In this document: piece by piece, positions 1-13,082 of the stretch | Numbering within the stretch: the first letter of the stretch is position 1 | Layout: each line of letters begins with the position of its first letter | DNA from: Amphiscolops sp. MND2022 | Lineage: Eukaryota | Length of the DNA: 64,000 nt | Assembly: GCA_964187785.1 (NCBI GenBank) | Contig: OZ076413.1 | Span: 31,248,001 to 31,312,000 of the forward strand | Direction: 5' to 3' | Program-made: the position numbers and the translations under genes | The notes under the pieces: generated by a model | The model's database searches: none | What the model was told of the DNA's origin: nothing | What the model saw: only the letters and a program-made list of their open reading frames with translations

Positions 1-1221
1 GGCGGGATAAACATGATGCAAACAGCTAAAAAATGTTACAAACACATTCCGAAAGCACCTGACTTAACTCAACTATGCAAGCATCAAAGTGCCGCCGAAT
101 CGTGATCGTAAAGTCACGCGGCCGATCAAATTCCTGTTTTGACAACTGTAACAAGTATTCAAAAGGCACACGGTACATCAAATAGCATCGATTAAAATGT
201 TTACGCCGCTAATATTTCGGGAATGCTGACAGTCTCGTGTCGGCACGTGCCCCATTAGCAGGCTACATCAACTTGTATACATCAATGTTACATGTAACAG
301 CACACATTTTCCTTTATATAGAGTGCACGTAGATACCATGTGTCAACTAATAAATATGGTCAGACATGTCCTTTGGGCTAATACTGGCAGCAACATCATA
401 CATTGGTATCGATTATACCAATTAATTTCAAAGTTACATGAGTTTTACAGTGTACTTGTGATTATACGTGACATTTAAAGTACACTAAATGATCATAATT
501 AACATCTGAATAATAGCATCGAAAAGGGGCCTCGACCGGCCATTGTCCAATTGGTCATAGCAACAGAGGGTAGAAATCAGGCAAACGGCCTTATTCGGCC
601 TAATATTGGAATGGACAAAATAAAGCTCCAATTAGCCAAAATGAACGTTTAATTAGTACATCAACGTGATTAGATTACTATTTAACGAAACGCAACAGTA
701 TTCTCATTAATATCCTTTCATCTAAACATTAAGGCCGGAACCGGCCGTTTGACTAAAGCGCCAATAGATAAAGGTGAAATTCCGGCATATGGCCTAAACC
801 GGCCATTAATTAAATACAGCACTACTATTGCACAAATAGATGAATATGATTGGCTAGCAGGTTGAGCTCAAGTGACGTCTCCGGAATTGGAGTTACGTTC
901 ACTTGAACTCGTTTCCTTTACGCTTTCTAGCTGCCTACCTATTGCTATAACAGCGTGTTTATACTGCACATCTAGCTCTTACAATTACCAATACAGCATC
1001 TGAATTTTCAAATGTGGGCATTAACGGACTAATATCAACAAATTATATACTAAGTGTAAAATTCGCAACGATAACAGGTATAACTTGTAGACTAAAAAAT
1101 AACAACAAAGTTTGTGTTTTTAATGTTTACCTCTAATATATTGGTAGAGTTCCGGCCGCAACTCCCTGTCCTTCTGCGGTGGTAGTGATTCTTGTACCGT
1201 CACAGGCGGCAGCCTGCGACA
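1..1221 (-). mobile_element. Partial LTR (window-truncated), related to the solo LTR at 37990-40711
   Basis: Ends in caggcggcagcctgcgaca (1221), nearly identical to caggcggccgtctgcgaca (40711), which is a TSD-supported LTR terminus. Both share aatagcatcg motifs. The other end lies outside the window. Confidence 0.55.
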
Positions 1222-1840
1222 GTAGATGTCTATTTAAGTGCTTCAAGCGTTGCCGAAATTATGAATACAAAAGATACAAAAGATGAATAATTATTAAGAA
1301 TTTCTAATTATTTATTCAAAAAGTATCCTTAGAAAATTCAAATTTCCAATGATCTTCTTTGCAAATTTTCAAATCATCTGAAGCTACACTAGAATTATTT
1401 CCCTAGAAATGATGTTTAACCAATTTTTATTAAATTTTGTTTCTGTTCTTTGCTCGTTTGGGCCAATTGGAAAAGCGAAAAACATGCACATCTAAATCCC
1501 CATAGCTTTCACAAAAGTTCACTAATAATAAGCATAATACTTACTCTACTTTTTGAACGTTGTTTGATACGTCACTTTTTCACAAAGTAATTTCAAAATT
1601 CAGCGGACGTGAAATTCCGTCTATCACAATTATAATAGATGAGTAAAATGTCTGCACATAGGAAATGTTCATACCTTTGGGTGTCGTTGGCTTCGACTGA
1701 TCGTCTGTAATTTTTGGAGAGAGATCCTCAGTCTGTACCGTGGTTGTAGTCCCCACAGAATCCATCACCTGCGAATAGATTTTCTGCTTTTTATCTGTTT
1801 CACCAGTCATAGAATTTCGAAAACCGTATCGATCGGGTAA

Positions 1841-1911
1841 AATCAAAGGCGTGAATAAGTTGCCAATCAGAAGCGTGAATAAGTTACTAATCAAAGGCGT
1901 GAATAAATTTT
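1841..1911. repeat. 24-bp tandem repeat x3
   Basis: Unit aatca(a/g)a(g/a)gcgtgaataagtt.. at 1841, 1865 and 1889. Confidence 0.8.
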
Positions 1912-4900
1912 CCCCAATTTGAACACTTGGAAAGATTTAGCTAAATTCAATTTTAAAAACTTCGATAACAATTTCAAGGAACATTTTTGTGATTTCTACG
2001 TTTGGAGGGGGAAAATGTTCCGGATCACTAAGGATGTACGAAAAAAAACAGGTGAATTGAAATTTTATTGAACGGAGCGATGAATTATTTATTGATATGT
2101 ACAAAAGAGGCAAGTTAGAAAAAGCGATGGATTTGCTCTGAGGAGATTTTGCAGATATGATTATCAAGAAAGACCTCCAGGTGAACATTTGAGGGGAGTC
2201 ATTTAGCTGTCACTCAAAATTTGAGCGCTCAAGTCGTCATCAAGCCTTTGTTCACGTTTCAACAGTGGACTGTTTAATATAAATCAAAATTCTCCCAAAA
2301 ATTTTAATGAGCATGATTGAAAACAACTATTTTTAAGATTTATAATTTGCTGTTTGTGCGGTAATATAAAGAGTTGATACGAAATACTCTTATATAATCA
2401 TATACGTCGACTATTTAATACAAGCTTGCAAACACGACGATTAGAATGCGATAAGAATGAGTGATGAAAATGCGATGTCAGAAAAAGTAAAATAACCATT
2501 TGACATTGAAACTGCTCTAACTTTTTGCATGCACTTTAATATTGCCAGCAACTTTCATTACGATCTTCTCAATTCTTTTACGAAAACTCTCATGCGAAAC
2601 TATTTCCTTGTTGTATTCGACGTCTATCAAGCTACTTGAGAGGAGCATCCTGAATTTGGCGGCAATTTTGAGCCATGAAGTTCTACAGGTTTTATTATGA
2701 ATCAGACCTAATTTTAAATAGAACAAAGTTGCTATCAATTTTACACCGCCATGGAAAACAACCTCAGTCACGTAAAAAATAGCAAATTAGCGTCATGTTT
2801 ATTGTGCTGTTTGAGAAGCGGTGATCACATCAGATGAGAAGTTGACAAAACAAACTGTCAAAAAAGTGATGGTGTCGGCAACGAAGTAGAAAGTTGTTTC
2901 AGTTTGTATTACAATAGTGTAAACTGCAGTGTACACTTACAAAATATACCACCGAAAGTCTCCTGAATTTTTTAGGTTTCAAAAAAGTAATACTGCAAAG
3001 GGCTAAAATGCCTCCAGGATGTAAAATGTTCCAAGTCTTAACTAGGGTAGCGCTACTTTTTATTTGTTTCTGTGCTATCAGATTCCTGTGATTTTCATAG
3101 GACGAAAACGTTAAGTGCGTTGGGTTATAGACTGAAAGTAAACAAACTCTTACGAACTATAATCACCATGATTAAATCCGAACATTTCACAAGTTTCTGT
3201 AGGTTACCCAGCTAATTTATCATGATTTCAGATGAAACTCACGGAAAGTTCCAAGCATGAAAATTTCACTGTTTTTAGTGAAGTTTATTAAGCTGATTAA
3301 AAGATGCTTCATAAAATTGGCGGTATTTCGGTCGGCACGCAATTTTCCGGGTTTCAAATGCAACTGAGACCGTATCAACGTTACCGCTATTTTAAGACAA
3401 ACGAATTTCAGTCATTTTATAGATTTCAAAGTAGCGTCATATTCAGCGAACAATTTCAGTAACGGTGATTGCACAAGCTAGTTTCTTGAGAAACGTGAGC
3501 GTGAAAACTAAGTGATCGCGACGGTGAAAATGAAGAAATGTTTTCAGTTTTGATTGAAATAGTGGACGCTGCATGATAATCCTACAAACTTTTTCCTAGC
3601 ATACTCCTGGATTTTTCCGTGTTTTGTGGAGAAAAGTAGCCTTGCGCGAATGAAAGCGGCATGGAAGGTTTCCAAGCAGATTCAACTAAGGCGTCCTTGA
3701 GACCGGTACCTATTAACATTGAATTACCTAAGAACATTTCTTGAATTACAACTGACATCGAAGAGCTTGCTTTCCTTGCAATTTTTTTTATTTTCTATCA
3801 GTAAATGCCCTCGATAACTATATATATATTTTCGAAGTTGGAAAGTTTTTGAGACATTCGATATTAATTATTTGTGAACATTTTTTCATGACTGTTCAGT
3901 TTCTGATATAAAATGAAATCTCTGACATTTGCAACTACGTTACAGGGGCAACAAAGGCTTGCTAATTCTATTTTTCGGAATCTGAAACAGAAAACATGAA
4001 ATGAATATAAGAAGTTTCAGGCGAGGCTCGAACACTAGCAGATGGTGTTACTGAGCGATTTGACTCTACAAAAATAATGGACGCTTTTTGAATAAAAACG
4101 AGAACCTGTCAGTTCCAAGAGTTCTCAAAACTCATTTTCTTCTACAGTGCTGACTAAACAACGTAGAATTAAACTATTTTGAGTAAATGAAAAATTACTC
4201 ACGTTTTACAAATGAAATGCTTTCTAGTTAAACATGATTAAATGGAAAAGATTAACCACAATAATGGTTAAGTAATGTGATCGTTTGTTTGTTGTTTCAG
4301 CAAATTTGTAAATCAACGCTCATTGAAACTGAACCAATAAGAATGGAGTTCAGCAAGAGTTTCAAGAGGATGATTTCTTGAAAAATGAAACGAAACAAAT
4401 GGAAATGAATGAAAATATTTACCAAGAGCACTTTACTCTATTGAGTTCTTCCAATAACACAAATTCAAAATTTTCCATCATCACAAAGACCATATTCGCT
4501 CAGATGCTTTCAATTTTGAAGCCTCTTTTCAATTTTTAATGGCTCATTTCACTTCCATGGTTGTTCACGCAATCACGCGCCATGCGGCTGAATGTGGAAA
4601 AAAGCAGTCATTGATTTTCATTTTGTAGCAATTTCAGAATTGATCCAGGAATGATTTATATCGGCGAAATTACAGCTGCCAAGTTCATTTATTGACTAAT
4701 CGATCATTTAAACAGCCATAAACGATGGAAGGGAAATTATATTGCCGTATTAAAATTGGATGAAAATATCTCTGCAAATGTTACAAACGACCGAGTTCTA
4801 GCAAACTGGGAATTAAACTTAATTGCTTCTGCATGAAATCAAGACGCAACTGAATTTTAAAAGTTTTTTTCTTCTTTATTGTGCTCTTTGCCGTTATAGT

Positions 4901-5947
4901 CTTAGCTCTGAAATTTCTCCGACAGTAAGCATGAATTTTCGTTTAGAAAATTGTTTTTCTACTGTTTATGAAATCACATTTACCTTCTGCCTTAATTACC
5001 TTCACTATTGAAAGGTTTCAATAAAACCAATTCCCGTTTTTCTAAAGGCACTAACGCTAATGAATTTGAAATAGCACAGAAAGAGCTTTTGGAATTGAAC
5101 TGACAATTATCTCGATTTTATTTTACATGGAAACTAAAAACCGATATGAAAGAATGCCAATTAAAATCTAGTTGCATCGCCTTAAAACTCAAAAAAGGCA
5201 AAAGGTTGTTTTGACAAAATGGGAAGAACGTTGCTAACCAATAGTTCACTTTTTGGTGCATAGTGAACATCCAAGTTTTCATCAAGGTAATTAACGTTCA
5301 TTACGCAGCTCTATTGCAAGGGTTTATGATAAATTTGTTAGGAATTTCGATGACAAATTGAGATAGTTGATATTTTACCCTCGGGGAATCTTGACCGACA
5401 AACTTCTTGTTCTCAGTGACAATCAATCCCCTGCGATGAAAGGTCAAGAAGTTTGTTTAGTCAAATCAAAGAAGTCAGATCAAAGGAGTCAGATCAAAGG
5501 CTTAAGATCTATATTCGAGGAGGTTTCGGATCATTTCTGAAGTTAACAATGTGTAAGTATAGGTTATAACCTACAGAAAACATCAATTCAGTCTAGAAAT
5601 CAATCCATTCTAGAGATTGGAATTTTCATCAAAAGTCGAACAAACAGTACTAATCCACAAGTTCGAGATTGGCGCTAATCAAGACCCACTACGTTAGATC
5701 ATAACAGTGTAATTCTATAAAGAGAAACATGTATTTGGTATTAACTGGTTTTTCACTACTATAGTGGCAGTACATTTGTTCCCTAGAAGCTGCAGAAAAA
5801 CATATTACTGCAAAATCCTTCAAAGAAAATCTGCACACTTCTGTAAAGATTTTGCAGATCTGTATAGTTTGTCAAGATTCAGTTCAACGATCTTTGAGGA
5901 ACCCGGCAAGAAACAACCCAGCGGATCTGCCCAGATTCGCAAAGATC

Positions 5948-6483
5948 AACAAGTCGGGACCGCCGAAGTCGGCGCCATATCTAAGGCTCAATAAGACTCG
6001 AAAACCACTTTTTCTACAACGAGACAACAAAAGCTCTCAAAAAACTAAAAATTGACGAAAATATTTCTCAGAGTTTTTTTCGAATTTTTTTTGAAGTCTC
6101 CGGTAAGTCGCATAGTTCCGAAAAATGTAAAAGGGGGGACCCTTTGGGGTTTTTTGAGCAACCATTCTGTTGCAAAATATCAAAAAGTTGATGGGGGACC
6201 CTTTTGGAGCAATAAAAAATTTTCGGGAAAAATGAGAAATTTAAACAGTCTCACAGTGCCGAAAAAAGGGGGAAAGTCTCATAGTGTCGAAAAAAGTGAA
6301 AGGGGGACCCTTCTGCTTTGGAATGGCTTTTTATCACACGTTCGAGGCTTTGGATGCGTTGAAAAAGAAGTACTAAGTACAAATGGTAAAAGTGCATATC
6401 GCGTGGACCGATCGCGTTGAACTGACGAAAAGAAACTAGCCACTGTAAGAGTCTGGATTTTCTTCAAAAACGCTGACTAAAAA
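5948..6483 (-). mobile_element. Non-autonomous Helentron/HINE-like element
   Basis: Reverse complement of the family at 8842-9378 and 36051-37400. It has a subterminal inverted motif agtcggcg/cgccgact, aaagggtcccc subrepeats, and a 3' hairpin tcgg-cggtc-ccga followed by cttgtt. The family assignment is inference. Confidence 0.6.
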
Positions 6484-8149
6484 CATGGGATGTCCGAATT
6501 GTATAATACTCTCGAAGATATATCAAAAAACGTTATTCGTTCAGTTCACTTAGAAAAAACTCACGTATTTATGCTTTCTGGGCCAACTCCATAACCACAA
6601 CCAAGACTAACATCTGAGACTTTTCAGAAACAATCAAAAAGATGGTCTTTACAGTTATACCTGGAGAAAAAACACTGACAGTTTTAAGATTCTCGTATGT
6701 TTCTTTTTCAAAAAAACGTTGCTAAAAACGTTTTTAAATTTCTAAAATGACTACATGAAGTTAAAAATAGCTAGATCATCTGAAGGTTTTGAGGAATTTT
6801 TCCAAAAAAATCATCGGCCTATTTCGAAGTCAGATTTAGAACTGCTTGCAGCAAAACTTGATAATCAAAACGTTTCCGATTCCATAACGCGAAGTTCTGG
6901 CTAAAGTCTGGTACATTTAGTTTCGTGAGGATCGTTTTAGGAACTGTTTTCGTGAAAGAGTCTCGCGATAGTTCTGAAGGTTTGATTTTGGTTACTTCGA
7001 GTTCAGTTAATTTTTCTCATAGAGTCTTTTTTTGAGATATGAAATACGAAGAAAACTTTACAACTTCAGTAATGATGCAGAAATCTGGAGGCTTATCAAA
7101 ACGGAGGGAGCGCTGTGCAACATGGTTGTATTCGTTCTTTGTAATTTGCTTCAGCCATTTTTAGTCTTTAACTAAAGATATTGACCCTACTGAAATTTGC
7201 GAGATAAAAAATACACGACCATCAATGTGGAACATTCCCACTGCTTTCATCGTAGTCAAGTTCATCGTAGGCAACAATAGACTCATGAAAACAGCATCAT
7301 TTTTCGACGAAACTTCATTTTCTCGAAATCTGTTTTACAAAAGAAAAAAGAAATCAAACTTACTTTGCTAATGAATTGAATTAAATTAGTAAGCAAATAA
7401 GAAATCTATGAACGCAACGCAACGCTGGACAACTTTGATCGCGTCTTCACAATTTCACATGAATTTTTCCACTCTACTGTCCATGCATGATCATGTATGC
7501 ATTTTACATGCAACATCAAATTGCAGACAGCTGCAGGAAACACTTGAAAATAATCTGGTCCCGAATATATTATTCATCAAGTTCCGAATGTTTCTAGAAA
7601 GAATGTAAAATATTTGAGCTAACAAATGTGGATGTAAATCAAAACAGTGTCTGAGTTATATTGTATTATACAGTAGGAAAAAAATGTGTGCCTATGTATT
7701 GACTGCTTGCGCCGCATGAGACTTATTTTATTCCAAACAAAAACCAAAAATCAAATTATCGGTGACATTGATAGTATCAACTGCTGTTTACAACTGCTGT
7801 ATTCTAAATTCGTGAATTCAAGGAGTTTGAAATTTTCATTTCGTCAAAACGTTGGATGTGCGCGTGATTTTGAAATTAAAAAACCTTTCATGGCTAAAAT
7901 CATCAAAAAGCCTCTTAATGAAGAAAAACCAATATAAAAAATTGCAATCCAAAGCATTTCTTCAACTCATGAAATTGAAAGAAAATGTCAAAAGCATCCA
8001 GGCTCTGTCAAACACTAATTGTACATGCAATTAACTGATGGTAATAGTAAAACTAATGAATTTTGGTATTTCGTTCCAGTTGTTCAAAACACTCTAGATG
8101 GTCAAGTAGCTTCAACATGATTAAGCGATATATGCAAATCAAAGATATC

Positions 8150-8560
8150 GCCTGTCGCTCAGTATTTCCATCGGAACATGTATGATTCATTCATTCCAAC
8201 AAAGGAATCAATGCAACCCATTGAATTGGTCCCAAATCTGGGGAAGCTCCATTCTGTTACTGCTGCTTTCAAGCTGAAATTATTAACATTACGGTTGTGC
8301 GAGTACTTTTCGACCAACTCTTGCGAGATAAGCCAGGTCTCGACCTTGGTGCAAAAACTTAGAGCCATCTTCTGATATTGTAGCATCTCCCGATTTTGAG
8401 ACAGGTGTTATCGGAAATAAAGGATTTACGACAAATGATGAAAAATTTGCATGTCGCAATCTACACATGGGATCGAAAATAACCCATGTCGACAATATAC
8501 GTGCGCGACAATGAAAGAACCTGATTTTGAAGCAAAAAACCGAAACCAGTGAACAGGTCA
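8150..8560 (-). pseudogene. Possible highly degenerate Tc1/mariner DDE remnant
   Basis: Frameshifted minus-strand motifs EDGSKFLH and TEW..PDLGPIQW resemble the Tc1 QD..H and WP..SPDLNPIE motifs. Confidence 0.3.
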
Positions 8561-8841
8561 AATTGCATTCCAACGGAATTTATAATACCAGTTTCTTAAA
8601 AATTGACCATGGAAAGGCTGAAGAATCTGAATTTAGCACATTATTTTTTGTCTCTCGAAAGGTCTTTGTCTCTCGATAGGTTTTTGTCTCTCGAAATGTC
8701 AAATTGCTCATTTCCAAGTAGTTTTTCTGAGCGTGTGTGGACATAAAAGTATTGCCAGGCTATTAGAGCGTTTTTAGGAAGATATAATTCCTTTTTTTCT
8801 TCTTTTGAAGTTTGTTTTTTGCTGATATCACTTTACTAATG

Positions 8842-9378
8842 TTTTATTCGGCGTTTTCGAAGAAAATGCACGACTCTTACGATGGCTAGTTTTTTTCGTC
8901 CGTTCAACGCGATCGGTCCACTTTTTTGTTCAATTGTTCAACATCATCAACTTGAACTACGGACCTCCAAAATATACTGGAAACGCCAGAACCTCGTCCT
9001 AAACGAAAACATCGACGTACATAAGCTCGAAAACATAGGATGCCCACCCTTTGGTGTTTTTCACTCTGATTGTTTTCGACACAATGCGACTTTTTCTGAC
9101 GTTTTTTGAATTCACCAGAAGGTCTCCCCATCGTTTGTTTCGATATTTTGCAACACAATGGATCTCAAAAAATCTCAAAGGGTCCCCCTTTTTACATTTT
9201 TTGGCACTGTGACACTGTTCAAAAATATCATCAAAAAATTAGGATCTCCCAAATGTCCTCCTTTAATTTTTTTTTCATATTTTTCAACCAACTGGAGATT
9301 CAAAAAGCCCAAAGGGTCCCCCTTTTTACAGTTTTGAGCCTTAGATATAGCGCCGACTTTGGCCGTTCCCGGCTTGTT
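8842..9378 (+). mobile_element. Non-autonomous Helentron/HINE-like element
   Basis: Starts ttttattcggcgttttcgaagaaaat and ends gagccttagatatagcgccgactttggccgttcccggcttgtt, with hairpin gccg-ttcc-cggc. Confidence 0.6.
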
Positions 9379-9439
9379 TTGTTTCAGGTCATTATCCCAA
9401 AATGGTAACTTCTGTGTGGACTCCGTGAACAAACTAGCA

Positions 9440-9910
9440 AGTAGAAAGCTGTTGAGATCCGCATTTGACATCAACGGAGTTCAAAAAATGTTGCTTTCCA
9501 ATAGCAAAACATTGTTTGTCACACCTGTAAAATGCTTGTTTTCTCAGTTTTGAAGTTTTTTTCTCCTCAATATTCACTTCTGTTCAGATTCATTTTTCGT
9601 TTCTTTTCAATCGCCTTTGATAGAGTTTTAAGCTTTCCAGACACTTCTCAGTTACAATGTTGAAAATGAGTTTTTCAACGTTTTTTACGCTTGCGCTGAC
9701 TTTCGCGAAAAAAAATGTCAGGACTCTTCTTAGGGATTTTGTAAGTTGCAGTGACTTTTTTCAACGCGCAGTGAAATGCTGTCAGGAATTTCTATGCTGC
9801 AGTATAATTTTATAAGTTGTTTCCCTGCAGGCAGACTGAATTTTCTATGTTTAATACAAATTTATCCTGCGTGCATTCCTGCAACATGCGAAAGTTGCGG
9901 CAGTTTCGAC
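9440..9910 (+). repeat. Interspersed repeat with an inverted diverged copy at about 33840-34320
   Basis: gttgagatccgcatttgacatcaacggagttcaa matches the reverse complement of ttgaactccgccgatgtcaaatgctgatcccaac at about 34280. Similarity extends roughly 470 bp. Confidence 0.7.
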
Positions 9911-10254
9911 TAGGGCAGTTTGTCAGCAAAGTTGGTTTCACATTTGATGATATTCTCCAAACATTTTCAACACTGAGACTTGATGAGCACTTATTCATTA
10001 ATGCCAAGCATAAATTTTGGAACGAAAAGACACTCGGAATTGTCATTATGAAAAGCCCAAATGAGGAGTCTTGAAGTAACTTGGTTGGTCCTTCCTTGAA
10101 AAATTAAAAAAATGGACTTTTAGTTTGACCACTAATAGTAAAAAATTTTCAAGCAGAATAGTGCTTAATGATGGCCAATAAAATTTGATGCACCTTGGAA
10201 GCATCATGAGGTATGTGAATAAAACCATTAAATTCCTAACAAAATCATAATCCT

Positions 10255-10995
10255 ACCGTTACTTTTTTGATGAAATATTTGGCTAAATCCTCTCTAACGA
10301 AAACGCTTACACTACGAGTTGACGATCATCTGATAGAGCCTTCGTCATGCGTGAAATACCTGAGTACATCTTGATCAAAGTCTTACCTTCGAAGCAGAAA
10401 TCAAAAACATTCTGAAAAAATGGCTTGTGAAATTAAAACACTTTACACTGTAAAGTCTTTTCTACCCAAAGAATTTTGTCTAAAGCTATTGAATGCCTTA
10501 GTTTTGAATCAAATACAACATCCAGCTATCCTCTTGATAGCATATCACAAAATCTAACTACTTCAGTCGAAAAACAACTGAGTTGGGCTGTGAAAGCTTG
10601 TTTTAACCGCAACAAATATGACTCTTCGAGTGACCTCAAAATCAAACACAGTATTTTTCCTGTCAAATTAATGCTTGAATATAGGTCTCTTACACACTTT
10701 TGGAAATACCAAAACAATCAGTTATCAGCATTCAAGACCTCGCTGAATTTACCCAACGCGAAATTCAAATACCTTCCTCGGAGCGAAACGTTATAGAACA
10801 AAACAAAAACTAATAGTGACGACCTCCGAAATAGCTTTTTCGATCTAGTTATTCCACTTTGGTACAAAATTCCTTCAAAGCTTTTTAATCCAAACTTCTC
10901 ATATATTTCACTGAAAATGAATTTTAGACATCATTACAGACGAGGAATTGCTTTCGAACTTGAAAATCCAGAACATAGAAAGAAATGTTGGAGAG
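10255..10995 (+). pseudogene. CR1/L2-type non-LTR retrotransposon, 3' end of ORF2 (degenerate)
   Basis: Frameshifted translation VKYL..LDQSLTFEAEIKNILKKMACEIKTLYTVKSFLPK..LLNALVL..SISQNLTTSVEKQLSWAVKACFNRNKYDSSSDLK matches the post-YADD KYLG thumb region of CR1/L2 RTs. It ends RKKCWRDYRFK*. Confidence 0.7.
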
Positions 10996-11978
10996 ATTAC
11001 CGTTTCAAGTAAACACTGTTCTTTATTTTAATCTGTTCGTCATTTTTTTAAATATTAGGACGACAATGCATATATTATTTTTATCTACGCTGCCTTTTAA
11101 ATAGAATATATTGTTTATTATTTGAAGGGAATTCGGTGTTTTTTTAAATCTATCATTTTTTAAAAAAAAGTTGTCAACCTTAAATGCTTCAAAAAATCTA
11201 TGCCACGAAACGAAAAACAAAAGAGGTAAAGATTTTTATAAAAGTTTGTCAAACGTTCCCACGGAAGAATGATCATAAATAGTTTTCTTTTGATGTCCAT
11301 CGTTTGAACTATTTTTTTACCTTTGATATCAAACGCTCATTTTGCTACATTCTCTAGTTTCAAGTTTGAGACCTAATGAATTTTGGATCCAAAATTTCCT
11401 TGCGCGAAAGTTTAGAGGCTTTGAAGTAGAACAAAGATACTTCAGTACAGTACTCACCAAGAGAAATTGAGACTGAATAACAACATTGATAATAAACTTC
11501 TTATATTGCTAAAAATAACAAGAATTTCTGAGATTTTTCTCAAGATTGTTGCAAGATGTTGCAAGTTTGTACTCGAGTGCAACTAACGGTGTCGAATAAG
11601 CTCCGAGTACCGAAGCAAGTCCATTAGACATAGCAGCCTTGAAACAAGGTCACAACAATTTAGGGTAAGAGAATATCTTGAGCTCTGGTTTTTTTTCTCA
11701 AGTAAGTTATGTCATCGATGCAACACATTTCACTAAGTCACAATTGACTGAAGGGAACAATATTGAACCAATTGAAAGACTTGACTTTGAGAAACTAATA
11801 AAAACAAACATCCATTTAATTTTGTTCAAGACTTCAAATGTAAAATCAAATGTGATTCGATAAAGAAGTCAAAACTTGGACTCTGAAAAAGTATATTTTT
11901 CGAATTTCTGTATATTTGAAATCAAGCCTATGAGAGAATTGTACTGGAGTTTCGCTTAGCAACAAATTGCTATTTCAG

Positions 11979-12500
11979 TGTAAAATGTTTAAGCAAGTGC
12001 AGACTTCATTTCATACCCTATAAGTAACTTATGCTTGAACGAGTCGTGAACGGCCCACATGGGCACCCTGTTTCAGACTCAAAAATTGCGAAGCTTTTTT
12101 AATACACTCAACTAGTTTTTTGACGAAAACACTGGAGAAAAAAATAGTAATGGAAATTTTCGTCAGCTTTCAAAGATTTTGGTACATGGAAGCAATTTAG
12201 AACAAAAAAAACAAGGGATCTTTTCTGTTAATTCCCTTTAGAGTTGTAAAATGTTTAAGCAAGTGCAGACTTCATTTCATACCCTATAAGTAACTTATGC
12301 TTCAACGAGTCGTGAACGGCCCACATGGGCACCCTGTTTCAGACTCAAAAATTGCGAAGCTTTTTTAATACACTCAACTAGTTTTTTGACGAAAACACTG
12401 GAGAAAAAAATAGTAATGGAAATTTTCGTCAGCTTTCAAAGATTTTGGTACATGGAAGCAATTTAGAACAAAAAAAACAAGGGATATTTTCTGTTAATCC
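11979..12500. repeat. Near-identical 266-bp tandem duplication
   Basis: Units start tgtaaaatgtttaagcaagtgcag at 11979 and 12245, with only a few substitutions. Confidence 0.9.
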
Positions 12501-13082
12501 CCCCCCCCCACACACACACAGTAAGCGCATAAATTTTAATTCCCCACCACTATCAGCGATGTGTTTCAGTTGCAGTTAGAGTTATAAAATACTGCAATTT
12601 GATTGGTTGTTACTATTAATTCAGTGATAATTTCACTTGACCGCTTAACTGGGGGGGGGGGGATTAAATTGGTGGGGGGAATTAACAGAAAAGATCCAAA
12701 AACAAGAAATACATTTTTGATTCGTCTGAATTTGTAAATTTCGTAAAAGTATAAATCAGAAAGAAGAGACCTGTTTAAATTTGCTACATGACGATGCACT
12801 CCAAGTAACAAACAAAATGAACAAAGAAACAACAAGAGGCACAGTTCTAAGAGGCTTTTGGAAACAGTACCACACTTAAGAACTCAATTGTTTTAAAATG
12901 AACAAGCAATAGTTTTAACTAATATGCCTCTAAAGATGTGAAAACCACAACTTTGGCAATTTAAAAATGAGTAATTCTTTGCATATCCTTTAATTGTTTA
13001 ATTACGTAATTCGGAAAAGCCATTACATCGAATAAACCGCATTTTAATGGTTCTGTCACATTCCAATTTTGGTATAGTTGAA

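Noticed and set aside
1580-2771. Minus-strand ORFs of 83-104 aa that look like a decayed coding region
   Set aside because: No motif I can assign. A translated search would be needed.
4020-4045. B-box-like GTTCGAGCC (minus strand), and GGTTCGAACGCC at 31329
   Set aside because: No A box or cloverleaf at the proper spacing.
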